A program made the position numbers and the translations under genes. A stretch of 64,000 nucleotides of DNA from Alphaproteobacteria bacterium (GTDB lineage Bacteria > Pseudomonadota > Alphaproteobacteria > UBA828). Below the pieces are notes generated by a model. That model was not told where the DNA came from and made no database searches. It saw nothing but the letters and a program-made list of their open reading frames with translations. Location: contig CBDEFM010000002.1 in NCBI GenBank assembly GCA_965237415.1, forward strand, positions 3,971,331 through 4,035,330. The letters run 5' to 3'. Numbering within the stretch: the first letter of the stretch is position 1; the number at the start of each line of letters is the position of its first letter. Of this stretch, positions 52,917-62,049 are shown in pieces.

Positions 52917-53189
52917 ATGAATGGAACCTTTACGATCATCAGCTTCGACGAGAACGGAGTGAGGGAAAACGAGGGGAAGCTGAGACTGGTCTGCAACATT
53001 GAGGACGACGGCAAGCTCGCGCTGTGGGGTCACGAACAGAATAGACACAATATCGACACCATCCTAAACGCCGGGCTGCCATGCAGGATTGAATGCGAAT
53101 ACAGCGAGCCCGCGCCATGGGCGTCTACCAAGTTCAATCACACCCATTGGGTGACGACTCAAGCCCGACTAGAGGTCCTCTCTGTCTGA
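52917..53189 (+). CDS. Hypothetical protein (lower GC)
   Basis: 90-aa ORF MNGTFTII... after a weak RBS; no motif recognised. Confidence 0.45.
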   Translation: MNGTFTIISFDENGVRENEGKLRLVCNIEDDGKLALWGHEQNRHNIDTILNAGLPCRIECEYSEPAPWASTKFNHTHWVTTQARLEVLSV

Positions 53190-53324
53190 CACCAAGCCTC
53201 AGTCGGCCTCACCTAATCGAAACAGGCGGCCCACGCCCGATGGTTACATAGAAGGCGCCACGACTTAGGAGTAAAGCCTGCTGTGTCCGGCTAGGTTTGC
53301 CTGTGTCAGACAATCACGTTAGCG

Positions 53325-54212
53325 CTAGTGACGTCGGAACGAGTGCTCCGGGTACGAACCGAGAGGCACAACGCGAGTACAGTAGCGCTTCAACTCCATC
53401 ATCGCGATCTGAACCCGCTCTTCTGCCGAATGGCCTTCGATCTCAACGTAGAAGTCGGCGGTCGCGAATGTCCGGGAGCCGTGATAGCTTTCAATCTTCA
53501 CCATGTTTACATCCGCGTTCGCGAAGGCGCTCAACGCCTTGTAGAGCGCGGCGGGTATATTGCGCACCGTGAAATATAAGCTCGTCATGGTGGGCAGCGA
53601 GGGCGCCAAGGAATTTTTCGGCTCTCGTGCCATGATCAAGAAGCGGGTCGTGTTGGAATCGTCGTCCTGGATGTCCAGGGCCAGCGGCTTCAGGTTGTAA
53701 ATCACCCCTGCGCTCTCGGACGCGATCGCGGCCTTGGACCGATCGCCCTGACGGGCGATGTCGGCGGCAGCGCCAGCAGTGTCCAGCACCGGAGACGCGG
53801 CAATGTTGTTTGCCATCAAGAAGTGGCGGCACTGCCCAAGCGCCACGGGATGACTCTCGGCAATCCGGACATCCGACAGGCGAGCGCCCGGACAGCCCAG
53901 CAGCTGATGCCGAATGGGCATGAAATGCTCACCAATGATGTGCAGTCTCGAATCCGGCAACAGTCGGAGAACGTCGAAAACCCGGCCAACGCTGGAATTG
54001 GCGATGGGGACCAAGGCGCGCTCGGCTCTGCCCTCGCGCACCTGCTCGAATACTTCCTCGAAGCTCGTGCAGGGTACGGCGTAGCGATCCGGCTCGGCTT
54101 CTCCGCATGCGTCGAAGCTGTAAGAACCGGGGACACCCTGATACGCCACCGTGGGCAGCCGTGGGCTCGCACCGTTGCCGTCTTCAGCGCGTTCCGCCAT
54201 GTGCCGTTTCAC
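53325..54212 (-). CDS. pheA: Prephenate dehydratase with ACT domain
   Basis: AYQGVPGSYS, SHPVALGQC, DTAGAA, NTTRF, PAALYKAL, KIESY. Confidence 0.93.
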   Translation of the reverse strand: MKRHMAERAEDGNGASPRLPTVAYQGVPGSYSFDACGEAEPDRYAVPCTSFEEVFEQVREGRAERALVPIANSSVGRVFDVLRLLPDSRLHIIGEHFMPIRHQLLGCPGARLSDVRIAESHPVALGQCRHFLMANNIAASPVLDTAGAAADIARQGDRSKAAIASESAGVIYNLKPLALDIQDDDSNTTRFLIMAREPKNSLAPSLPTMTSLYFTVRNIPAALYKALSAFANADVNMVKIESYHGSRTFATADFYVEIEGHSAEERVQIAMMELKRYCTRVVPLGSYPEHSFRRH

Positions 54213-54531
54213 CGTTGCAGTTCTGCTACAGACCTGACCGCGGGTAGAGCGGGCCGGGCGGGGTAAGGCGTTCGCGGTACACTTGCGCGGCGGAGAGGTG
54301 CCGCACGTCCGTGCTCGGCCGGCTCAAGGCCAGTGCGACCGCGACCGGCCCCGCGAAACGGTCCAAATTGAGCAATAGCATAACGCTGTCGGCAAGGCCA
54401 TGATCTAGGTGGATGGTGGAGCGCGGACAAGGCCTGCCACGGACGACCTCTGGTGAGTGAGCGGTCCGTATCCCAGCACCGACGGAGGTTCGTCCGCCCG
54501 TGCGCCCAGCCGCAGTGCCTCGACCACGGTC

Positions 54532-54660
54532 GGCGGCGTACGGGCGGCGGCGATGTACACCCTTATCGGCACCGCCAAGTCGAACGACGTCGACCCGCAG
54601 GCCTGGGCTTGCCGACGTGCTCGACCGGATCGCCGACCCGCCGCAGAACCGTCTGCACGA
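54532..54660 (+). pseudogene. IS66 transposase (TnpC) C-terminal fragment, frameshifted
   Basis: GGVRAAAMYTLIGTAKSNDVDPQAW / LADVLDRIADPPQNRLHD. Confidence 0.8.
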
Positions 54661-54838
54661 CATTCATGCGCTGCACGCAGATTTTGCCAAGCACTTCGAT
54701 GTGGGTGAGATCGTCGAAACGCCGTGGAGCATGGACGAACTGTATGTGTTCGACCCGAGCGGCAGCCTGGTGAAGTTCGGTCAACCGACAGACAGGTTCA
54801 TCCCGGCGGACGCCGTGCAAGAAGCGCCTTCGGACTGA
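54660..54838 (+). pseudogene. VOC/glyoxalase C-terminal fragment
   Basis: DIHALHADF...ETPWSMDELYVFDPSGSLVKFGQ; no N-terminus. Confidence 0.65.
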
Positions 54839-54869
54839 ATGGGCCTGTACATATACGCGACAGTCACGC

Positions 54870-54941
54870 TGCAGCGGGCGCTGCGCGGCATCTGTCTCGG
54901 ACGCAAATCGTGGCTCTTCGCCGGCTCCGACCGAGGCGGCG
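54870..54941 (+). pseudogene. IS66 transposase fragment
   Basis: RALRGICLGRKSWLFAGSDRGG. Confidence 0.8.
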
Positions 54942-54985
54942 CTTGCTGCCCCTTTCGGGAAAGCTCAATTCGCGAATCGTATGCG

Positions 54986-55200
54986 TCATCGTGTTACGGC
55001 GGCGGCGAGGCAGGCCCGGTCGTTGGCGCCGGGGGCGAGGCCGACGAGGTGGAACCAGCTCAGGTAGTTGTCCAGATAGCGGGTGGCGATGCCGCGGCGG
55101 GGACGCAGGAAGTCCTTCAACCGGCTGTGGCGGCTGTTCACCGTCTGCACATGCAGATCGCCCCGAACCCGTTCCCCCATCGAGCGGTTGAGTGCTTCGT
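54986..55200 (-). pseudogene. IS1595-family transposase C-terminal fragment
   Basis: HEALNRSMGERVRGDLHVQTVNSRHSRLKDFL..RGIATRYLDNYLSWF. Confidence 0.8.
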
Positions 55201-56161
55201 GGCTCTCCTCGCAGGCGCTGTGCTGTTCGTTACCGCGGCACTGCCGAACCACGGCACGATCTCGGTCGGTGATTTTCTCGTCGTCTACACCGCCTTCATG
55301 GTGTTCCAGGCGGCGGTGACACGCCTCGGTGCGTCGTTCGGCGCCGTTGCCGCCATCGTGCCGGCGATTGACCGAATTCGGCCGTTTCTAACCGAGGTGC
55401 CGGAGACAACTGCCGCAGGCGAGCCGGTCGAGACTCTGGGCGGTGACATCGTGTTCGACCATGTCAGCTTTCGTTACGACGCCCACGGGCCGCTGATCCT
55501 GGACGACGTCTCGATCCATGCGCGCCCGGGCGAGTTCGTTGCCATTGCCGGCGAGTCGGGCGCGGGAAAGAGCACGCTGTTCCGGCTTGCGCTGGGCTTG
55601 GATGAGCCGACGTCCGGCGCGGTCTACTACGACGGCCGCGACCTCGGGCACCTCAACATCAAGCAGGTGCGCCGGCGGATCGGCGCGGTTCCTCAGGCCG
55701 TTCAGCTCCATCCCGAAGACGTGTGGGACAATATCGTCGGCGACTACGAAGATGCGACAGCCGAGGATGCGTGGCGGGCGGCCAAACTTGCCGGCATCGA
55801 TCGCGAAATTTCGGCGATGCCCATGGGGATGTTGACGAGCGTGGGCGCCGGCGCAGGCGTCACCTCGGGCGGCGAAAGCCAGCGCATCATGATCGCCCAT
55901 GCGCTGCTCAGAAATCCTGGTGTCCTGCTGCTCGACGAAGCGACGAACTGGCTCGACAACAGCAGTCAGGCCCAAGTGATGCAGAATTTGGGCAGCCTTA
56001 CCTCGACGCGGATCGTCATCGCCCATCGCTTGTCCACCCTGCGCCAAGCAGACCGCATTTACGTGATGCAGGCTGGAAGGGTGGTGCAGGAAGGCACCTA
56101 TGCGGAACTGGTGGAGACCGAGGGCGTCTTTCGGAATCTCGTACGCCGGCAAATGGCCTGA
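55195..56161 (+). pseudogene. 5'-truncated ABC exporter (NHLP/bacteriocin-system ATP-binding type)
   Basis: Last TM helices (SVGDFL) plus NBD GESGAGKST, SGGESQR, LLDEATNWLDN; the N-terminus is replaced by IS fragments. Confidence 0.75.
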
Positions 56162-56359
56162 CTGTCAACGGCGTGTAGACCCACATCCCGAACCCGGGAA
56201 GATCGCTTCAAGGGGATTCTGGCGGCCTGAGAAACAACCGGAATACACCTTAAGCTTAACCGCCAGGCTGTCCGAAAAGGCGAGGCCATCTCAAATCGGG
56301 CCGCCGCGCCCTTTTCGTGGTGAGATGCCGTACGACTATGCAGTTGGATGAAGAGCCGC

Positions 56360-56380
56360 ATTGCAGTAAGTTACTGTAAT
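56360..56380. promoter_or_regulatory. Palindromic operator of the relBE-like locus
   Basis: ATTGCAGTAA-G-TTACTGTAAT near-perfect inverted repeat 25 bp upstream of the antitoxin ATG. Confidence 0.55.
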
Positions 56381-56405
56381 CTGCTTCAACCGCCTTGGAC
56401 ATGCC

Positions 56406-56630
56406 ATGCCTCAACAGGTCACCGCACGATTGCCGGACCCGGTAGTCGCTGCGCTGGATACGGCCGCGCGACAGCTTCGGCGCAGCCGGGCGGACGTGAT
56501 CCGCCTGGCCGTCGAGCACTACCTCGAGGATTTCGACGATCTCTCTGTCGCCATTGACCGGCTCCGCGATCCGACCGATCCGGTGCTCGACTGGGACCAG
56601 GTCCGGCGTGAGCTTCTCGATACGGATTAA
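56406..56630 (+). CDS. RHH (CopG/RelB-like) antitoxin
   Basis: QVTARLP..SRADVIRLAVEHYLEDFDD; acidic C-terminus WDQVRREL. Confidence 0.85.
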   Translation: MPQQVTARLPDPVVAALDTAARQLRRSRADVIRLAVEHYLEDFDDLSVAIDRLRDPTDPVLDWDQVRRELLDTD

Positions 56631-56856
56631 GGAGAGCGCCGCCAAAGAGCTGAGGCGTGTGGCCAAGCCGGATCGGGCACGGATCGTTGCGGCCATCGAC
56701 CGGCTGGCGGAAACCCCTCATCTTGGCACCTCTCTGAAGGGCGACCTGCGAGGGCTGCGACGCATTCGCGTCGGCGACTACCGCATCTTGTACGAGGTTC
56801 GGGACAAGGAGCTCGTCGTGCTGGTCGTCCGTGTCGCTCACCGCCGCGACGCCTAA
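56608..56856 (+). CDS. relE: RelE/ParE-family toxin, C-terminally truncated
   Basis: GTG overlapping the antitoxin; LKGDLRGLRRIRVGDYRILY, VAHRRDA then TAA. Confidence 0.85.
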   Translation: MSFSIRIKESAAKELRRVAKPDRARIVAAIDRLAETPHLGTSLKGDLRGLRRIRVGDYRILYEVRDKELVVLVVRVAHRRDA

Positions 56857-56930
56857 CGGCGGACACTTTCATAAGTCTCGATCGAAGTTTGACGGCGGCC
56901 AATTTAGCACCTTAGTCGGTTCGCGCTTGG

Positions 56931-57182
56931 GCGGAAGCGCTTGAGAGGCCTGACGAGCGGGACGCGGCAGCGTCAGCCATCCGCGGACTTATTGAGCGGA
57001 TCGTGCTGACCCACGGCGCCGACGGCGGCGACTAGGATGTGACGCTGCAGGGCGACTTCGGCACCATCCTCGAATAGACGGGAAATGGGGACAGAAAAGA
57101 AGCGACCGACACCCCCGGCTCGGAAATGTCGGTCTCGGTGGTAGCGGGGGAGGGACTTGAACCCCCGACCCATGGATTATGA
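56931..57182 (+). pseudogene. Large serine recombinase C-terminal relic reading into the tRNA
   Basis: AEALERPDERDAAASAIRGLIERIVLT..D*DVTLQGDFGTILE*..TDTPGSEMSVSVVAGEGLEPPT, with two in-frame TAG stops. Confidence 0.65.
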
Positions 57183-57214
57183 TTCCACTGCTCTACCGAC
57201 TGAGCTACCCCGCC
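57139..57214 (-). tRNA. tRNA-Met (CAT), elongator type
   Basis: GGCGGGGTAGCTCAGTCGGTAGAGCAGTGGAATCATAATCCATGGGTCGGGGGTTCAAGTCCCTCCCCCGCTACCA; 76 nt with encoded CCA. Confidence 0.95.
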
Positions 57215-57234
57215 CCAGGAGCCGGAAGCGCACC

Positions 57235-57264
57235 GCTATACGCGGCGCTCTCGCCGCGTGTCAA
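57235..57264 (-). promoter_or_regulatory. sigma70 promoter of tRNA-Met
   Basis: TTGACA-N18-TATAGC on the minus strand; the spacer is itself a palindrome (CGCGGCG-agag-CGCCGCG). Confidence 0.7.
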
Positions 57265-57281
57265 GCGCACCGCCCGGTGGG

Positions 57282-58681
57282 CGTCGGTAACACGCGATAT
57301 GTCCGGTTTATGTACCAGATGATCTGTCCGGTTTTAGAACGCCTCCAAGCCATGGAGGGGGGCGATGCGTCGGACGGAGCAGGTACAGGGACTGAGATTG
57401 ATGAAGTTCGAGGAGGTTTACGGGCGCACCCATCGGGGTGGCTTGAGCCAGGCGGAGGCGGCGGAGGTTCTGGGTGTCTCGGAGCGCACCTTCCGGCGCT
57501 GGCGCGATCGCTACGAGGCGGAAGGCGCGGAGGGTCTCTACGACCGCCGCCTGGGCCGCCTCTCGGCGCGGCGCGCGCCGGCGGACGAGGTGGCGCGGGT
57601 GCTGGAGTTGTTCGACACCCGCTACTGGGACTTCACGGCCAAGCACTTCCACGAGAAGCTGGTGGCCGATCACGGCTTCAAGCGCAGCTACAACTGGCTG
57701 CGGCTGAGCTTGCAAGCCCACGGGCGCAGGCGCGCGGCGCCCAGGCGTGGGGCGCACCGGCGCAAGCGGCCGCGCCGTGCGCTCCCCGGCATGATGCTGC
57801 ATCAGGACGGCTCGAGCCACGCGTGGGTCCCCGGTCGATGGTGGGACCTGATCGTCACCATGGACGATGCGACCAGCGAGATCTACTCGGCCTTCTTCGT
57901 CGCCGAAGAGGGCACCATGTCGAGCTTCCAGGGGGTGTCCGAGGCGATCCGGGCCAAGGGCCTGTTCTGCTCGCTCTACGCCGACCGCGCCAGCCACTAC
58001 TGGAACACGCCCGAGGCCGGCGGCAAGGTGGACAAGGACACCCCGACCCAGGTCGGCCGCGCCCTGGCGCAGCTCGACATCGAGCTGATCCCGGCCTACT
58101 CGCCCGAGGCAAGGGGGCGCTCCGAGCGCATGTTCGCCACCCTGCAGAAACGCCTGCCCCAGGAACTCAGGCTCGCCGGCATCACCGAGATGGCCGAGGC
58201 CAACCGCTTCCTCAAGGAGCTCTTCCTGCCACAACACAACGCCCGCTTCGCGACCCCGGCCGAGGACCAGGGCAGCGCCCTCGTCCCCTTCACCGGCGCG
58301 CTCGACGACATCCTCTGCATCCACGAGGAACGCACCGTCTCAAACGACAACACGGTGCGCTACAAGCGCCTGGAACTTCAGATCCCCGCCGGCCGCCACC
58401 GCCGCCATTACGTCAAGGCCAGGGTCCGCGTCCACGAGTACCCCGACGGCACAATGGCCGTTTTCCATGGACCGCGATGTCTGGCGCGATACCACGCCGA
58501 TGGCCAACCGATCGACAGCCAAACCCGGCAGGCCGCGTGACCCGCTTCGACGCGACCGGCCGGAGCCCTGTGGACAAGTGGACAGCCGCGCCGCGCCCGA
58601 CCACTTCCCCACAGGGCCACAACAACAGAAGCGGTCAACTCATATGGTACATAAACCGGTCAACTCACAATGTTCTCGACA
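57282..58681 (+). mobile_element. IS1202-type (ISNCY/IS481-related) insertion sequence
   Basis: Long imperfect IRs sharing CCGGTTTATGTACCA.ATGA; the right end reads TGTCGAG.., the left cGTCGGT..; single transposase. Confidence 0.8.
57365..58540 (+). CDS. DDE transposase (IS1202/ISNCY type)
   Basis: HTH SQAEAAEVLGVSERTFRRW; HQDGS, MDDAT, YADR, GRSERMFATLQKRL. Confidence 0.92.
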   Translation: MRRTEQVQGLRLMKFEEVYGRTHRGGLSQAEAAEVLGVSERTFRRWRDRYEAEGAEGLYDRRLGRLSARRAPADEVARVLELFDTRYWDFTAKHFHEKLVADHGFKRSYNWLRLSLQAHGRRRAAPRRGAHRRKRPRRALPGMMLHQDGSSHAWVPGRWWDLIVTMDDATSEIYSAFFVAEEGTMSSFQGVSEAIRAKGLFCSLYADRASHYWNTPEAGGKVDKDTPTQVGRALAQLDIELIPAYSPEARGRSERMFATLQKRLPQELRLAGITEMAEANRFLKELFLPQHNARFATPAEDQGSALVPFTGALDDILCIHEERTVSNDNTVRYKRLELQIPAGRHRRHYVKARVRVHEYPDGTMAVFHGPRCLARYHADGQPIDSQTRQAA

Positions 58682-58761
58682 GCGGCGGTCCTCGCTGCGA
58701 GAGACCCGGTGCCCGCGCGGCCGTTTCGGCGGCCGCGCGGGGGCTGTAGAGTGTCACCGCC

Positions 58762-59928
58762 ATGACGGAAGCCAAGACACCGGCCCTGCTGCCCACCGGT
58801 TTGCGCGACCTGCTGCCGCCCGAGGCGGGCGCCGAGGCCGCGCTCGCCGAAGCCTTGCTGGCGCGCTTCGGGGCGCACGGCTACGAGCGGGTCAAGCCCC
58901 CGCTCGTCGAGTTCGAGGACAGCATGTTGAGCGGCGCAGGCGCCGGGCTCGCCGATCAGACGTTCCGCCTGATGGACCCGGCGTCGCACCGCATGATGGC
59001 CGTGCGCAGCGACCTTACGCCGCAGATCGCGCGCATCGCGGCCTCGCGGCTTGCCCGGAGCCCGCGGCCGCTCCGCTTGAGCTATGCCGGCGAAATCCTG
59101 CGGGTGCGGGGCGGTGAGCTCAGGCCCGAGCGCCAGTTCCGCCAGGTGGGCTTCGAGCTCGTCGGCATCGGCGCCGGCGCCGCCTGCGATGCCGAGGTCA
59201 TCCTGCTGGCGGCCGAGGCGCTCCGCGCGCTCGGGATCGAGGGCGGCCTCTCGGTCGATCTCAACGCGCCCACCCTGGTCGCCTCGCTCATTGCCGAGGC
59301 GGGCCTCGACGCCGAACGCGCCGGCCCGCTCCGCGACGCGCTCGACCGCAAGGATGCGACGGCGGTCGAGGGCATCGGCGGCGAGGTGGCGGCGCTGCTG
59401 GTGCGCCTGCTGCGGACCACGGGCGTTGCCGAGACGGTGCTCGACGCATTGGCGCGTTTCGCCCTGCCGGGTGCGGCGGCGGCCGCGCTTGCCCAGCTGT
59501 TGGAGGTTGCGACGCTGCTGCGCGAGGCGGCGCCAGCGCTCGCGCTCACCATCGATCCGATCGAGTGGCGCGGCTTCGAGTACCACACCGGCACGAGCTT
59601 CAGCCTGTTCGCCGGCGGCGTGCGCACCGAGCTCGGCCGCGGCGGCCGCTATTCGGTCAACGGCGCCGGCCCGGATGGGGAGGAAGCCGCCGGCTGCACG
59701 ATCTATATCGACACGCTGCTGCGCGCCGTACCCGCGCCGCCGCCGCCGCGCCGGGTCTACCTGCCGCACGGCACGCCGCGATCGGATGGGGCCCGGCTCC
59801 GCGGCGACGGCTGGGTCACGATTGCGGGCCTCGCGCCCGAAGGCGACCCCGCGGCCGAGGCCGCGCGGCTCGGTTGCAGCCACCTGTGGCAGGGCGGCAC
59901 CGCCCGGGCCCTCGCCGGAGAAGATTAG
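58762..59928 (+). CDS. hisZ: ATP phosphoribosyltransferase regulatory subunit
   Basis: [40 protein letters not shown]; upstream of purA. Confidence 0.93.
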   Translation: MTEAKTPALLPTGLRDLLPPEAGAEAALAEALLARFGAHGYERVKPPLVEFEDSMLSGAGAGLADQTFRLMDPASHRMMAVRSDLTPQIARIAASRLARSPRPLRLSYAGEILRVRGGELRPERQFRQVGFELVGIGAGAACDAEVILLAAEALRALGIEGGLSVDLNAPTLVASLIAEAGLDAERAGPLRDALDRKDATAVEGIGGEVAALLVRLLRTTGVAETVLDALARFALPGAAAAALAQLLEVATLLREAAPALALTIDPIEWRGFEYHTGTSFSLFAGGVRTELGRGGRYSVNGAGPDGEEAAGCTIYIDTLLRAVPAPPPPRRVYLPHGTPRSDGARLRGDGWVTIAGLAPEGDPAAEAARLGCSHLWQGGTARALAGED

Positions 59929-59930
59929 AC

Positions 59931-61223
59931 GTGGGCAACGTCGCGGTCGTGGGCGCCCAGTGGGGCGACGAGGGCAAGGGAAAGATCGTCGACTGGCTCT
60001 CAAGCCGGGCGGATGTCGTGGTGCGCTTCCAGGGCGGGCACAATGCCGGCCACACGCTGGTGGTGGACGGCGTCGAATACAAGCTGAGCCTGCTGCCGGC
60101 AGGCGTGGTGCGCGGCGGCAAGCTCTCGGTGATCGGCAACGGCGTGGTGGTCGATCCGTGGGCGCTGCTGGGCGAGATCGACTCCATGGTGGCGAAGAGC
60201 GTCAGCGTGAGCCCGGAGACGCTGACAATCGCGGAGAACGTCTGCCTCATCCTGCCGATCCACCGCGAGCTCGACCAGGCGCGGGAGAAGGCGCGCGGCG
60301 GCGCCAAGCTCGGCACCACGGGCCGCGGCATCGGCCCGGCCTATGAGGACAAGGTCGGCCGCCGCGCGATTCGTCTTTGCGACTTGCGCGACGTCGAGAC
60401 GCTCAGACCCCGGCTCGGCGAGCTGCTGCTCCACCACAACGCGCTGAGGCGCGGCTTCGAAATACCGGATGCGGACGCCGCCCAGCTGGAGCAAGACCTG
60501 CTGGCGATTGCGCCGCGCCTGCTCCCTTTCGCGGCTCCGGTCTGGCGCCGGCTCGACCGCGCCCGGCAGGAGGGCAAGCGCATCCTCTTCGAGGGCGCGC
60601 AGGGGGCGATGCTGGACATCGACCACGGCACCTACCCCTTCGTCACCTCGTCCAACACGCTCGCCGGCCAGGCCGCAGCCGGTGCCGGCGTCGGGCCGGG
60701 GACCATCGGCTACGTGCTGGGGATCACCAAGGCCTACACGACGCGGGTAGGCGGCGGGCCGTTCCCCACCGAGCTCCACGACGAGGTCGGCCGCGGCCTC
60801 GGCGAGCGCGGGCGCGAGTTCGGCACCGTGACCGGCCGCCCCCGCCGCTGCGGCTGGTTCGACGCCGTGCTGGTGCGCCAGGCGGTCAAGATCGGCGGCA
60901 TCAAGGGCATCGCGCTGACCAAGCTCGACGTGCTCGACGGCATGGCGGAGCTCAAGGTGTGCATCGGCTACCGGAGCAACCGCGCGGTGCTCGACCACAT
61001 CCCCGCCGCCGCCGCCGATCAGGCGTTGGTGCGCCCGGTCTACCAGACCTTCGACGGCTGGCAGGAGAGCACGCGCGGCGCCCGCTCGTGGGCCGATCTG
61101 CCGGCAACGGCGGTCAAGTACATCCGCCGCATCGAGGAGCTGATCGAGGCGCCGGTGGCCATGCTCTCCACCAGCCCCGAGCGCGAAGACACGATCCTCG
61201 TCCGCGACCCCTTCGCGGACTAG
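59931..61223 (+). CDS. purA: Adenylosuccinate synthetase
   Basis: [48 protein letters not shown]. Confidence 0.98.
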   Translation: MGNVAVVGAQWGDEGKGKIVDWLSSRADVVVRFQGGHNAGHTLVVDGVEYKLSLLPAGVVRGGKLSVIGNGVVVDPWALLGEIDSMVAKSVSVSPETLTIAENVCLILPIHRELDQAREKARGGAKLGTTGRGIGPAYEDKVGRRAIRLCDLRDVETLRPRLGELLLHHNALRRGFEIPDADAAQLEQDLLAIAPRLLPFAAPVWRRLDRARQEGKRILFEGAQGAMLDIDHGTYPFVTSSNTLAGQAAAGAGVGPGTIGYVLGITKAYTTRVGGGPFPTELHDEVGRGLGERGREFGTVTGRPRRCGWFDAVLVRQAVKIGGIKGIALTKLDVLDGMAELKVCIGYRSNRAVLDHIPAAAADQALVRPVYQTFDGWQESTRGARSWADLPATAVKYIRRIEELIEAPVAMLSTSPEREDTILVRDPFAD

Positions 61224-62036
61224 GGCCTGTTCACACTAATTATGCGAATCGTGTTATCATTCTCGGATGGAGATCACGGAAGCCCAATACGCTCGCATTG
61301 CCCCGTACCTTCCGGTGCAACGCGGCAACGTCAGCCTGTCGAACCTGCAGGTGCTCAACGCCATCCTGTACGTGGCGGAGCATGGCTGCAAATGGCGCGG
61401 CTTGCCCAGTCACTTCGGCAATTGGCACACCATTTACATGCGCATGAACCGCTGGTCGAAGAACGGCGTCCTCGACCGGGTCTTCGAACAGCTGCAACGA
61501 GAACAGATCGTGCGCATCAAGCTCGAAGCGCTGTCGCTGGACAGCACCATCGTCAAGGTGCATCCCGACGGGACTGGGGCGCTAAAAAAAACGGACCGCA
61601 GTCGATCGGCAGATCCCGAGGCGGCTGGACCACCAAGCTTCATATGGTTGCCGCGGATGCCCGGACGGCCATAACGTTCTCGCTGTCGCCCGGACAGGCC
61701 CACGATGCTCCCGAAGGGCGCAAGCTGCTCCAGCGCCTCGGCGCGCAACCGCACCAGCCCTGTCTGATCATGGACCGCGCGTACGAAGGCAACGAGACAC
61801 GCCAACTGGCGCTCGACCTCGGCTTCACACCCGTGGTTCCGCCGCTCAAGACCCGGCGCGACCCCTGGGTATACAACCGGGAGATGTACAGGCGGCGCAA
61901 CGAAATCGAGCGCCTGTTCCGACGCCTCAAGGGCTTCCGCCGAATCTTCTCTCGATTCGAGAAGCTCGACGTGATCTTCCTCGGGTTCATCCTCTTCGCG
62001 CTCATATGCGATGCACTGCGTTAGTGTGAACAGGCC
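61224..62036 (+). mobile_element. IS5-family (IS427-like) element inserted at the purA stop codon
   Basis: Perfect 16-bp IRs GGCCTGTTCACACTAA; CTAG on both flanks (61220-23 and 62037-40). Confidence 0.92.
61267..62024 (+). CDS. IS5 transposase expressed via a -1 frameshift at the A8 run (61584-61591)
   Basis: ORFA GCKWRGLP..LDSTIVKVH..GALKK; ORFB in the -1 frame KKNGPQSIGRSRGGWTTKLH, DRAY, IERLFRRLK. Confidence 0.9.
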
Positions 62037-62049
62037 CTAGCCTTACCGC

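Noticed and set aside
49235-57138. Second att site (tRNA 3' duplication) bounding the island
   Set aside because: No copy of TGGTAGCGGGGG found by eye; the left boundary is undefined
57139-57214. Initiator tRNA-fMet or tRNA-Ile2 identity
   Set aside because: Has a paired G1 and no GGG/CCC anticodon stem, so not an initiator; the sequence matches the elongator Met type, though Ile2 cannot be fully excluded without a covariance model
57259-57281. TGTCAA as the left end of the IS
   Set aside because: Better explained as the tRNA -35 (TTGACA); the IR alignment starts at about 57282
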